DNA of 64,000 nucleotides. It comes from Roseibacillus sp. (lineage in GTDB: Bacteria; Verrucomicrobiota; Verrucomicrobiia; Verrucomicrobiales; Akkermansiaceae). Position numbers and translations under genes: made by a program. Below the pieces are notes generated by a model. The model was not told where the DNA came from. It made no database searches and worked only from the letters and a program-made list of their open reading frames with translations. The stretch covers positions 544,001 through 608,000 of the forward strand of contig CBDEUM010000014.1 in the NCBI GenBank assembly GCA_965242925.1, given 5' to 3'. Numbering within the stretch: the stretch's first letter is position 1; every line of letters starts with the position of its first letter. Positions 47,173 through 55,799 of the stretch are shown piece by piece.

Positions 47173-48321
47173 ATGAAGTCCCCTTGGATCCTCCGCGTCC
47201 TCGCCCTCGTCGGGTTGACAATCTGCGGATATCTCGGGGCCCTCAAATTCACCGGGCAGACGACCTCCATCGTGGGCTGTGGCGCCGGATCCGGCTGCAG
47301 TAACGTCCTCGGCTCGGAGTGGTCCCAGTTCCTTGGTGTTCCCGTCAGTGTCCTCGCCGGGGTCGTTTACCTCGCGCTGCTCATCACCACCTGGCGGCCC
47401 TCCCGTCCCCTCTACGGGGCTTTCGCCATCTGCCTCACCGGCGCCGCACTCTGGTTCATCGGTCTGCTGTATTTCACCATTAAGGCGGTCTGTCCCTGGT
47501 GCCTCGCCATGCACACGATCGGCATCCTCTCCTCCATCGTCCTGGTACTTTCTCTAACCCAGCTCCCGACCACCAATCCCAGGACTCCCCTTCGCTTCGC
47601 CCCCCTGGGGGCCATTACCGCCCTCCTGGTCCTCGCGCTGGGCCAGCTCCTTGGTCCCAAGCCGGACACCCACGCCCGGACCACCGAGGTGGTGCGTGAT
47701 GCAGACCAGGGGAAGAGAGCCGAGGGCCGGGTGGTCTCCTTCTTCAAGGGCCGCAAACACTACAATGCGGTGACCATGCCTCACCTCGGCCCCTCCGGCG
47801 CGAAGCATGTCATGGTGAAGTATTTCGACTACACCTGCAGCTCGTGCCGGGAGATGCATGAGCATCTCCATTTCGTGACGGAGTCACACCCGGACACCTT
47901 CTGCATCATCCTTCTCCCGGTCCCCCTCAACCGCGCCTGCAATCCCTTCTTTCCTACCGACCTCACCAATCACGATCATGCCTGTGAACTGGCCCGCCTG
48001 AGCCTCGCCGCGTGGCGGGCCAATCCGGACCGCTGGCCCGAGGTCCATGAGCAGCTCTTCTCCCGCCCGGTTCTCCCGCCGGAAGTGGCCGAGGCCGCGG
48101 TGGGACAGATCGTCGGCTACGATGAACTGGCCGGGGCCCTGGAGGATCCCTGGATCAATCAGATCCTCCAGACCGGCATCAACGATTTCAAACAGATGAT
48201 CTTCCGCACCCGTGCCATGCCAAAACTGGTCGTCGGTGATGACGAGGTCCTGCACGGTGCGCCCCGCTCCAGGGAAGTTCTGCTCGGAAATCTTGAGCAG
48301 CTCTACCGGCTCAGTGAGTAG
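47173..48321 (+). CDS. VKOR-family disulfide-bond formation protein fused to a DsbA/thioredoxin-like domain
   Basis: Loop cysteines GCGAGSGCSNV, CPWC in a TM segment, then FDYTCSSC and a cis-Pro-like MPK motif. Confidence 0.88.
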   Translation: MKSPWILRVLALVGLTICGYLGALKFTGQTTSIVGCGAGSGCSNVLGSEWSQFLGVPVSVLAGVVYLALLITTWRPSRPLYGAFAICLTGAALWFIGLLYFTIKAVCPWCLAMHTIGILSSIVLVLSLTQLPTTNPRTPLRFAPLGAITALLVLALGQLLGPKPDTHARTTEVVRDADQGKRAEGRVVSFFKGRKHYNAVTMPHLGPSGAKHVMVKYFDYTCSSCREMHEHLHFVTESHPDTFCIILLPVPLNRACNPFFPTDLTNHDHACELARLSLAAWRANPDRWPEVHEQLFSRPVLPPEVAEAAVGQIVGYDELAGALEDPWINQILQTGINDFKQMIFRTRAMPKLVVGDDEVLHGAPRSREVLLGNLEQLYRLSE

Positions 48322-48401
48322 CCCCGCCCACTCTTTCTGCCCCGGGGGCTCTCCTCCCCTCTCCCTCCATTTGCGAGAATAGAGCAAATCCCTTGAATAG
48401 A

Positions 48402-48421
48402 TTGACCCCGGCCGGGGTCAA
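48402..48421. promoter_or_regulatory. Perfect 20-bp palindrome (possible operator)
   Basis: TTGACCCCGG|CCGGGGTCAA, 28 nt upstream of ATG 48450. Confidence 0.5.
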
Positions 48422-48449
48422 ACCGCAGGTAACCACCCCGCTCGAATCC

Positions 48450-48830
48450 ATGATAAAAATACTCCTCACCATCGCTGCCGTGACCCTCGCCAGCCTCATT
48501 TCCGCACCTCGTGCAGAAGCTGGACACTCATCTCCCTGTCTAACCTACCGAAGCGGATACGCTTCCTGTGGATGCCCGGTCTATACCCGGCGTTACGTCC
48601 GGGGATACGACTGTCACGGCCACCCCATTTTCGCCTACAGCCGGGCTCCCCTGTCCCATGGACACTCGTGCCGTCACCGGGTCCAGCATCACAATCACCA
48701 CTCCCGAACCGTTATGTCCCGGAGCACGCATTGCTCCCAGCCCCGGATTACCCTGAGCAGTCACAGATCCCACGGACGCTCCTCCGGAGTCTCCTTCAGT
48801 TTCTCGCTCGGCGGCCGCAGGTGCCGCTGA
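48450..48830 (+). CDS. Small secreted His/Cys/Arg/Ser-rich hypothetical protein
   Basis: Signal peptide ending AEA; SCGCP, YDCHGHP, HHNHHSR; followed by a terminator. Confidence 0.7.
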   Translation: MIKILLTIAAVTLASLISAPRAEAGHSSPCLTYRSGYASCGCPVYTRRYVRGYDCHGHPIFAYSRAPLSHGHSCRHRVQHHNHHSRTVMSRSTHCSQPRITLSSHRSHGRSSGVSFSFSLGGRRCR

Positions 48831-48869
48831 CCCCACCGCCTCAGGGCCCGATATCCCAACATCTCAACC

Positions 48870-48903
48870 GCGGGGAGAACGATCGTTCTCCCCGCCTTTT
48901 TTT
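48870..48903 (+). terminator. Rho-independent terminator
   Basis: GCGGGGAGAAC-GATC-GTTCTCCCCGC followed by a T run. Confidence 0.85.
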
Positions 48904-48996
48904 GTCCACTTCCCGAGATACATCGACCCTCGGATGCCGCTCCGGGGGAGAATTTAGCAGTTCGTTATTCCCCCTTTCTCGCTTAACTTCAAGTTC

Positions 48997-50016
48997 ATGG
49001 CCCGTCTCCCTGCCGTCCTCCTCCCCCTCCTCATGGGGGTGCAGATCATGGCGGCGGCCCCCCGGGCGACTGACGAAATTCTTTCCGCTCTCCAGACCCG
49101 CCTGGAGAACAATGCCGGCTTTGAGGATCTCCTCGAGCAGCTGGATAATCTCGAACCCAAGGAACTGGCGCGACTCCAGGCCGAATACGACAAGGTCTGG
49201 CCCCGTATGCGCGACGCCTACCTACAAGCCTTCAAGGAGGAAGCCAAGGAGCAGAACTCAGGCTCGATGCGCCAGGCCAACCAGAAGGCAATCCGGGAAG
49301 CTCGGGAATCCTTTCACTCCGTACGAATCATGCCGGAGGGGCCCATGAAGGCCGCTATCATCGCCCGGAGCGAACCGGCGGTCGGGCTTCTCCACGAACT
49401 CCTCCTCCCCTCCTCCGGACGCATCCTCGGGATCGCGGGTGATCCTCTTAACAAACAGCGGGCCCAGGTCCTTCGCCTGGGCGAGTTTCGTGACGGAATC
49501 CTCAAGGCGGCCATCGCCATCGAGGACGCCGACTCGGTCGCAAGGGTGAAGGCCGAAGAGCAAACGGTGGCTGAGGACCTCTCCGACCTGAGCCGCGATG
49601 GGCTGAGGCTCATGGAGCATAACCGCAAGATCGCCGAGGCGGAGATGGTCCCCAAGGCCGAATGGCGTGGAATCGAGGAACTCAACCAGATGCGCCTTCT
49701 GGCGGGCCTCAACGCCCTCCTTCTCGACCCAAGGCTGTGCAATGCCTCCCGCGGGCACTCCGAAGACATGGCCACCCTCGGGTTCTTCAGCCACACCTCG
49801 CCGGTGAAGGGAAAACAGTCCTTCGTCCAGCGGGCCGCGCTGGCGGGCGCCACTTCAAGCGCGGAGAACATCTTCATGGGATCCAACAGTCCAAAGGCCG
49901 CAAACCGCGGCTGGTTCCGCTCCCCCGGGCACCACAGGAACATGTTCAATCCCGGCCACCGCCGGGTGGGCCTGGGCAACTATGGATCACACTGGACCCA
50001 GATGTTCGGACGCTAG
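48997..50016 (+). CDS. Secreted CAP (SCP) domain protein
   Basis: NQMR..AGL, HSEDM...FFSH, AENI, WFRSPGHHRNM, WTQMFG. Confidence 0.9.
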   Translation: MARLPAVLLPLLMGVQIMAAAPRATDEILSALQTRLENNAGFEDLLEQLDNLEPKELARLQAEYDKVWPRMRDAYLQAFKEEAKEQNSGSMRQANQKAIREARESFHSVRIMPEGPMKAAIIARSEPAVGLLHELLLPSSGRILGIAGDPLNKQRAQVLRLGEFRDGILKAAIAIEDADSVARVKAEEQTVAEDLSDLSRDGLRLMEHNRKIAEAEMVPKAEWRGIEELNQMRLLAGLNALLLDPRLCNASRGHSEDMATLGFFSHTSPVKGKQSFVQRAALAGATSSAENIFMGSNSPKAANRGWFRSPGHHRNMFNPGHRRVGLGNYGSHWTQMFGR

Positions 50017-50023
50017 GATCCCG

Positions 50024-50452
50024 TCAAGGATCACAGGGGCTACTCCCTCCCGGAGAGCGTTCCAACCTCAGGGGTTTTCCTTCCGGCATCTGGACCAGGG
50101 CAAGTTGTTGCCGGCAGGTGATAAGGAGGGCCCCGTCCTCGGGCCGCCGCATTTCGAAGGCACACCAGAAGCGAACCCGCCCCCAGTCGTCGAGCCAGCC
50201 CCGGGTCTCCAGCAAATCCCCCAGTCGGCCAGGCCTGCGGTAATCGATCTCGGTCCGCACCACCACGGGATAGACCTGGGTCTGTGCCATGCTCCGCAGG
50301 TCAAATCCCAGTTGCCCCGCCAGCCTGGTCCGGCACCTCTCAATCATCCGCAGGTAGGCGAGGTTATGGACGACGCCCCCGGCATCGGTGTCGTAAAACA
50401 TCACTTCATCCTGGGTGCGCTCCTCGGGACGAATACCATCCGGCTCAGCCAT
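50024..50452 (-). CDS. Acyl-CoA thioesterase (YbgC/4HBT hotdog family)
   Basis: VMFYDTDAGGVVHNLAYLRMIE..R, IDYRRP..LGD. Start probably ATG 50452. Confidence 0.9.
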   Translation of the reverse strand: MAEPDGIRPEERTQDEVMFYDTDAGGVVHNLAYLRMIERCRTRLAGQLGFDLRSMAQTQVYPVVVRTEIDYRRPGRLGDLLETRGWLDDWGRVRFWCAFEMRRPEDGALLITCRQQLALVQMPEGKPLRLERSPGGSSPCDP

Positions 50453-50564
50453 GACGGAAATGTAGCGGACGAAAGAGCGAGGCACAGAGCAATCCGCCCT
50501 CCCGCGTTCTTCCCCGGAGCCAAAGGGTTGCGTCGGGTCTGGCCATGAGAGAGACTTCCGCCGC

Positions 50565-52331
50565 ATGCGCGCGTGCTCTCTGGTCCTCCTGTTCCACCTG
50601 CTTACGCCCTCCCTGTGGGCGGATGTCTACATGGGCCCGGACCCGGCCGCCGCTCTCTTCCGGCGGGACAGGATCCCCATCGACACGGACACCATGCGGG
50701 AGCTCTCCCGGCACCTCACTGACCTGGCTCGCCGCGAAATGGTTCGGGATTCCATCCAGTTGCGGGCCACCGCCCAGTTGCTCGCCATCGCCATGCGTCT
50801 CGATCCCGCCAACCGGCCGGCCCGTGAGATCGACAAGGCCCTCAGAGAAGAACGACCGGTTGATCCCCTTAAGGGCGACATCAATGACCCGCTGCGCCAG
50901 ACTTGGGGTATCGCCGACTGGCTCGTCGACCCCGAAGCGGGCAAAGCAGGCGGTCGTCTCGGCCACCAGATCATCGACGCCCTCGCTGTGATCAATCCCC
51001 GGAGCCCCCTCGCCAAGCTCCATGATCCGAAAGGTGAGCCCGATCGCTGGCAGAATGTGGTTCAGCCCCTCGCGGCCTACCGCCGGAGCCCGGAACCGGA
51101 AAAGGCTCCCGACCCCCCACAGCCGGAGCCCCCGCCCATCGAACGTCCCCCCATCCTGCTCCGCCAGGCCAGCACACAGACACCTCTCTTTCTCTACGAC
51201 AAGGATCTCCGTCGACACCTGCGCCTCGTGACGCTTCAGATGCAGGTCGAGGAGCTGGCTCAACCCGATCCTTTCTCCTTCTCCCTCCTGCCCGCCATCG
51301 AGTCCCCCGACATCGATTCCGCCCGCATCGAGGCCCGGAAGCTCCTTGAGAAAAGCTGGCCCAATCTTCCCATCAGGTACATCGCCCGGATCTCGACGGG
51401 CAAGGAACGCTATGCCTCCAAGAACGAGCAGGCCATCTCGGGCCCGGCCGCACTCCTCATGCATGCCGCCCTGGCCGACAAACAACTTCGCCCTGATGTC
51501 ATCTTCGTGGGCGAGTTGACGCCCGATGGCAACCTGACCAGACCACGCCAGAGCTGGGACTACCTGCGGGCCCTGCGGGTCGCCGGGGGTGGCCGCCTCC
51601 TGGTGCCCGCCGATTTCGAGCCGGAGCTGCGAGCCATGATCGCGCTGGAGGATCCCGCCTTCTTCCTGCGCTGGGAGGTCCTCATCGTAAACTCACTTGA
51701 AGTCGCCCTGAGCCTGGCTGCCGTGAACGGAGACCCCGAGGGACTGGCGGTCACTTCCGCGCTTTATACCGAGCTCCGCGAGGTGAGCCGGAACAAGGAC
51801 GTGGGCCAGCTCTGTGTGAACGCCAAGGTGCGCGAACGCTTGACAGAAATCGTCAGCAAGGCGCCCTTTCACTGCTCCGCCAGGATGCTCCTCACCCAGG
51901 GAAATGCCGCAGAACGGCCCACCCGGGTGGAGCGGGAAGTGGCCGCCCGCATCCTGCGCAGTGCCGTCGAGCCCCTGAGCGGGATCGTTCGCCCTCCCCT
52001 TTCCCAGCTCAGCGTGAAGCGCCTTATCACCACCGGGGAGGCCTCAGGTGCCGAGATCGAGCGCTTCGCCAAGTTCATTTCTCCCACGGAACGGGATTTG
52101 GTGAAAGAGGCGCGGGAGATCGCGCAGCTGGCCGAAGCCCTGGGCCGGGGCAAACGCGACGGTGACCTGAGGGAGGGCGTGGTTTACTATCGCAAAATTC
52201 CCCTTCCAGACTACCATCATGATCTGCAGACGAGGTTTTCAGCTTACCTCAGGAAACTCGCCCCCTTTACCCGAGAAACCATCCGGGACGATCCGCCTGC
52301 CGATCCTGCCAAAGCACAGAAAATCCCCTGA
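50565..52331 (+). CDS. Secreted paralogue of the downstream Lon-domain protein, lacking the catalytic Ser/Lys
   Basis: Aligns by eye with 52456..54237 at the N-terminus, in the protease region (VGELTPDG) and at the C-terminus (VRERLTEIVSKAPFHCSARMLL). Confidence 0.7.
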   Translation: MRACSLVLLFHLLTPSLWADVYMGPDPAAALFRRDRIPIDTDTMRELSRHLTDLARREMVRDSIQLRATAQLLAIAMRLDPANRPAREIDKALREERPVDPLKGDINDPLRQTWGIADWLVDPEAGKAGGRLGHQIIDALAVINPRSPLAKLHDPKGEPDRWQNVVQPLAAYRRSPEPEKAPDPPQPEPPPIERPPILLRQASTQTPLFLYDKDLRRHLRLVTLQMQVEELAQPDPFSFSLLPAIESPDIDSARIEARKLLEKSWPNLPIRYIARISTGKERYASKNEQAISGPAALLMHAALADKQLRPDVIFVGELTPDGNLTRPRQSWDYLRALRVAGGGRLLVPADFEPELRAMIALEDPAFFLRWEVLIVNSLEVALSLAAVNGDPEGLAVTSALYTELREVSRNKDVGQLCVNAKVRERLTEIVSKAPFHCSARMLLTQGNAAERPTRVEREVAARILRSAVEPLSGIVRPPLSQLSVKRLITTGEASGAEIERFAKFISPTERDLVKEAREIAQLAEALGRGKRDGDLREGVVYYRKIPLPDYHHDLQTRFSAYLRKLAPFTRETIRDDPPADPAKAQKIP

Positions 52332-52455
52332 TTACACAAATTGTGGCGCGAGAATCGCTGCCCGGGTGTAACAAGGGCGCCCATCCGCCTCCCGGCCTAA
52401 GCTTTTGCTTTAGCGAAGCGCCACAGATCGCATAAACTCCTTTAGCCGCTTCAAG

Positions 52456-54237
52456 ATGAACCCGAACCCTTCCCGCGCTCTCGTCCTTTGCGTCGTTCTC
52501 CTTTTCCCCGGGCTCCGGGCCAACGTGCACGCCCAGGATGAGGACCGGCTCTTTTACCTGCCGGACATGGAGGTCGAGCTCTTCGACACCGCATCCCTTG
52601 ATTTTGGACGACGGGGCACGTTCGACAAGTCGGGCCTGGTGGCAGCCCTGGCCCGGATCGCCAGTGACTTTGATCCGGAAGAGAAAAACGGCAACGTCCC
52701 CAACCTGCTGCGCTCCAACGCCCTTGGAATCGCCGGTCGGATCAATCCCGATGCCAAGTCCTTCAAGACCACCTATGAACAGCTCGAGAAGGCCGCCGAG
52801 GCCTATGGCAGCAGCGGCACCAGCAAGGACCGCCTGGTGGGGAATATCTTCCGCGGCGTGCGCACCCTGCTGAAGGACAAGGACAACGAGGACAATAAGA
52901 TCTGTGCCGCCTATTGTGTGGACGTCGCCTTGCGCCTCCTGCCCGGCCACAAGTACGCCGGGGATCTCGAAAAGATCCAGCAGGACCTCGAAAAAAACGG
53001 TGTCGAGATCGACTGGGATCAGCTCCAGGGCAAGGCCGTGGTGAAGGAGACCCCTTGGAATCCCTTCGGGCAGGGAGGCCGCATGGAGCCCCGCAAGGAA
53101 AAGATGCCCGGGGGCAAGGCCAAGGGCCTGGCTTCCAACCAGAGCTCGGTCGTCGGGCTCGTGGTGGTCACTCTCGGCAGCGGGAAGCATGCCGGCGCCG
53201 CCGCCGAGATCATCGCAACCGCCCTCCGGGAGGAGGGGGTCAAGGGCGTGGAGTTCAAGATCGACCAGAAGGTCGGAGACATGATGGGCAACAGTCTCAA
53301 GTCCATCCGCGATTATCTGCGCGTCACCTATGAACCAAAGGGCATGGTGCCTGATGGCTACCAGGTGAGCATCGTCTTCCAGGACCGCGACCAGCGGGTG
53401 GACGGGCCCTCGGCGGGAACCGCCATGGCACTGATGCTCGATGCTCTCTTCTCCGGAGAGAAGATCGATGATGAATTCGCCTGCACGGGCGGGATCACGC
53501 CCAACGGGAAGGTGACCAGCATTGGCGGAGTCGCCGCCAAGATCCGCGGCGCAACGCGGCGCAAGTGCAGGATCGTCGGGGTGCCCGACGGCAATGCCAA
53601 GGGAGTGAACGACATCCTCGTGCTCGACGGGATTCAGCCGCTTCTGGATATCCAGGTCTTCACCATGAAGGACATGGACGATGCCCGGGCCCTCTCGCGT
53701 GCCGAGAAGGACAAGGACGTGCAGTCCACCCTCGATGATTTCAAATCGGTGGCGGACGTGATTACGGATCAGGGCGATACAGCTCTCAAGAACAACCGCG
53801 TCCAGGAACGCCTGGAGGAGGTCCTCAAGAAAATGCCCAATCACATCTCTGCCCAGCTTCTCCTCGACCACATCCGCGAGAAGGCTCCCGAACATCTCTC
53901 TGTCGGCGGCAGTTTCCATGAGATTGATTCCCGTGCTTCGGGTGTCTTCAGCCGCGTACAGCGCATGATGTTCCGCGAGAAGTTCAGCGAGGGCGCCGCC
54001 GCCCGCACCGACGCGGAGGACGCCCGCAAGGAGCTGGCGGAACTCGACGGCAAGGTCCACGAGAAATTCGAAGAATACCACAAGGCTTCAATCGATCTCT
54101 GCGAGACGATCGAGGAGGGCGTTCAGGACGGTGAGAAGGAATTTATCAAGACGCTCAAGAGCAAATGGGCCAAGATCTCCAGTATCCGCAAGAAGCTCCG
54201 GGATGACCCCGAGATCTTCGAAGAGATCCGTGGGTAG
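52456..54237 (+). CDS. Secreted S16 (Lon C-terminal) protease-domain protein without an AAA+ module
   Basis: Signal peptide; VDGPSAG (catalytic Ser), TGGITPNG, IGGVAAKI (catalytic Lys); no Walker A motif seen. Confidence 0.88.
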   Translation: MNPNPSRALVLCVVLLFPGLRANVHAQDEDRLFYLPDMEVELFDTASLDFGRRGTFDKSGLVAALARIASDFDPEEKNGNVPNLLRSNALGIAGRINPDAKSFKTTYEQLEKAAEAYGSSGTSKDRLVGNIFRGVRTLLKDKDNEDNKICAAYCVDVALRLLPGHKYAGDLEKIQQDLEKNGVEIDWDQLQGKAVVKETPWNPFGQGGRMEPRKEKMPGGKAKGLASNQSSVVGLVVVTLGSGKHAGAAAEIIATALREEGVKGVEFKIDQKVGDMMGNSLKSIRDYLRVTYEPKGMVPDGYQVSIVFQDRDQRVDGPSAGTAMALMLDALFSGEKIDDEFACTGGITPNGKVTSIGGVAAKIRGATRRKCRIVGVPDGNAKGVNDILVLDGIQPLLDIQVFTMKDMDDARALSRAEKDKDVQSTLDDFKSVADVITDQGDTALKNNRVQERLEEVLKKMPNHISAQLLLDHIREKAPEHLSVGGSFHEIDSRASGVFSRVQRMMFREKFSEGAAARTDAEDARKELAELDGKVHEKFEEYHKASIDLCETIEEGVQDGEKEFIKTLKSKWAKISSIRKKLRDDPEIFEEIRG

Positions 54238-54321
54238 AGTGCGGCCCTGCACCGTCGCGAGTCCCGCCCGCGGTCGAACTGGATCCTGGCGGCCTGTGGC
54301 CTCCGCTCTACCAGGGACCTG

Positions 54322-55767
54322 CTACGCCAGAATCTCCTTCACCACCTTGCCGTGTACGTCGGTGAGACGGAAATCCCGTCCCGAGTACCGGTAGGTCAGC
54401 TTCTCGTGATCAAAGCCGAGAAGGTGGAGGATGGTGGCCTGCAGGTCGTGGACGTGGACGGGATTCTCCTCGGCCTGAAACCCATAGGGGTCCGTAGTCC
54501 CATGCACATGGCCCCCCTTCACTCCTCCGCCCGCAAGCCAGACCGTGAACCCATAATGGTTGTGGTCGCGGCCGTTGATCTTGCCGGCATTGGAGCCTTT
54601 CTTGGGCATCTCCACAGTGGGAGTCCGCCCGAACTCTCCGCCCCACATGACCAGGGTCTCCTCCAGAAGGCCCCGCATCTTGAGGTCCTTGAGGAGAGCT
54701 GCAATGGGCTGATCGCATTCCCTTGACAGTTTCCTGTGATTCTTTTCCAGGTCGTCATGATTGTCCCAGGGTTGTCCCGCTCCGTGCCAGACCTGCACGA
54801 AGCGCACCCCGCGTTCGATGAGCCGCCGCGTAATGAGCATCTGCCGCGCCTGGGTTCCGCTGCCGTACATCTTCCGGATCTCTTCCGGTTCCCTGCTGAT
54901 ATCAAAGGCATCGGTCGCCTCCATCTGCATTCGGTAGGCCAGCTCAAAGGACTGCAGGCGGGCTTCCAGCCGTGCGTCATGACTTCTTTGCCTCTGATGG
55001 TCCTCATTCATCGCCCGCAAAAGATCGAGTTGGCGTCGTTGTTCACTGTCTCCCATCCCGCTCTCAATGTGTTCCACCAGTTTTTTCGGATCGGAGTGAC
55101 TGGTATCCACGTAGGTCCCCTGGAAGGCCCCCGGCAGGAAGGCCGACTGCCAGTTCTGCGTTTCCTGAATGGGATAGCCGCCCGGACACATGGCCACGAA
55201 CCCCGGTAGATTCTGGTTTTCCGAGCCCAGCCCGTAGGTGACCCAGGAGCCCATCGCCGGGCGCACCAGGCGCCCGTCCCCACAATTCATCAAAAGCAGG
55301 GAGGGTTCATGGTTGGGCACATCGGCATGCATCGAACGGATCACACAGAGCTCATCCGCCATGCTGCCGACCTGCGGAAAGAGGTCGGAGACTTCCAGCC
55401 CGCACCGCCCCCTCCTCGTAAATCCGAAGGGCGACTTGAAGGCCGCTCCCGTGGGCCGTTCCGTCTTGAGCATCTTGGGCAACTCCTGGCCATGCAGCTT
55501 CGTGAGTTCCGGCTTGGGATCAAAGGTGTCGAGATGGGAAGGCCCCCCGTTCATGAAGAGATGAATGACGGCCTTGGCCTTGCCGGGAAACTGCGGTCTG
55601 CGCGGAGCAAGTGGGTTGAGGTCCAGGCCGGAGCCCTTCCCCTCCTCCGCGGCCACCAGCCCGGGAACACCATTCAGGGCCACCGCCGCCATCCCCATCC
55701 CGGCGCGCGACAGCATCTGTCGCCTGGTCAGGAAGAGGTGCTCTGGATTGAACGCGTGATGTGGCAT
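54322..55767 (-). CDS. DUF1501 domain protein (Tat signal)
   Basis: ATG 55767; TRRQML, AKAVIHLFMNGGPSHLDTFDPKP, WDNH, GEFGRTP, RDHN. Confidence 0.92.
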   Translation of the reverse strand: MPHHAFNPEHLFLTRRQMLSRAGMGMAAVALNGVPGLVAAEEGKGSGLDLNPLAPRRPQFPGKAKAVIHLFMNGGPSHLDTFDPKPELTKLHGQELPKMLKTERPTGAAFKSPFGFTRRGRCGLEVSDLFPQVGSMADELCVIRSMHADVPNHEPSLLLMNCGDGRLVRPAMGSWVTYGLGSENQNLPGFVAMCPGGYPIQETQNWQSAFLPGAFQGTYVDTSHSDPKKLVEHIESGMGDSEQRRQLDLLRAMNEDHQRQRSHDARLEARLQSFELAYRMQMEATDAFDISREPEEIRKMYGSGTQARQMLITRRLIERGVRFVQVWHGAGQPWDNHDDLEKNHRKLSRECDQPIAALLKDLKMRGLLEETLVMWGGEFGRTPTVEMPKKGSNAGKINGRDHNHYGFTVWLAGGGVKGGHVHGTTDPYGFQAEENPVHVHDLQATILHLLGFDHEKLTYRYSGRDFRLTDVHGKVVKEILA

Positions 55768-55799
55768 CTTCTTCCCCTCTGGATCAGCAGGACGTCGCG

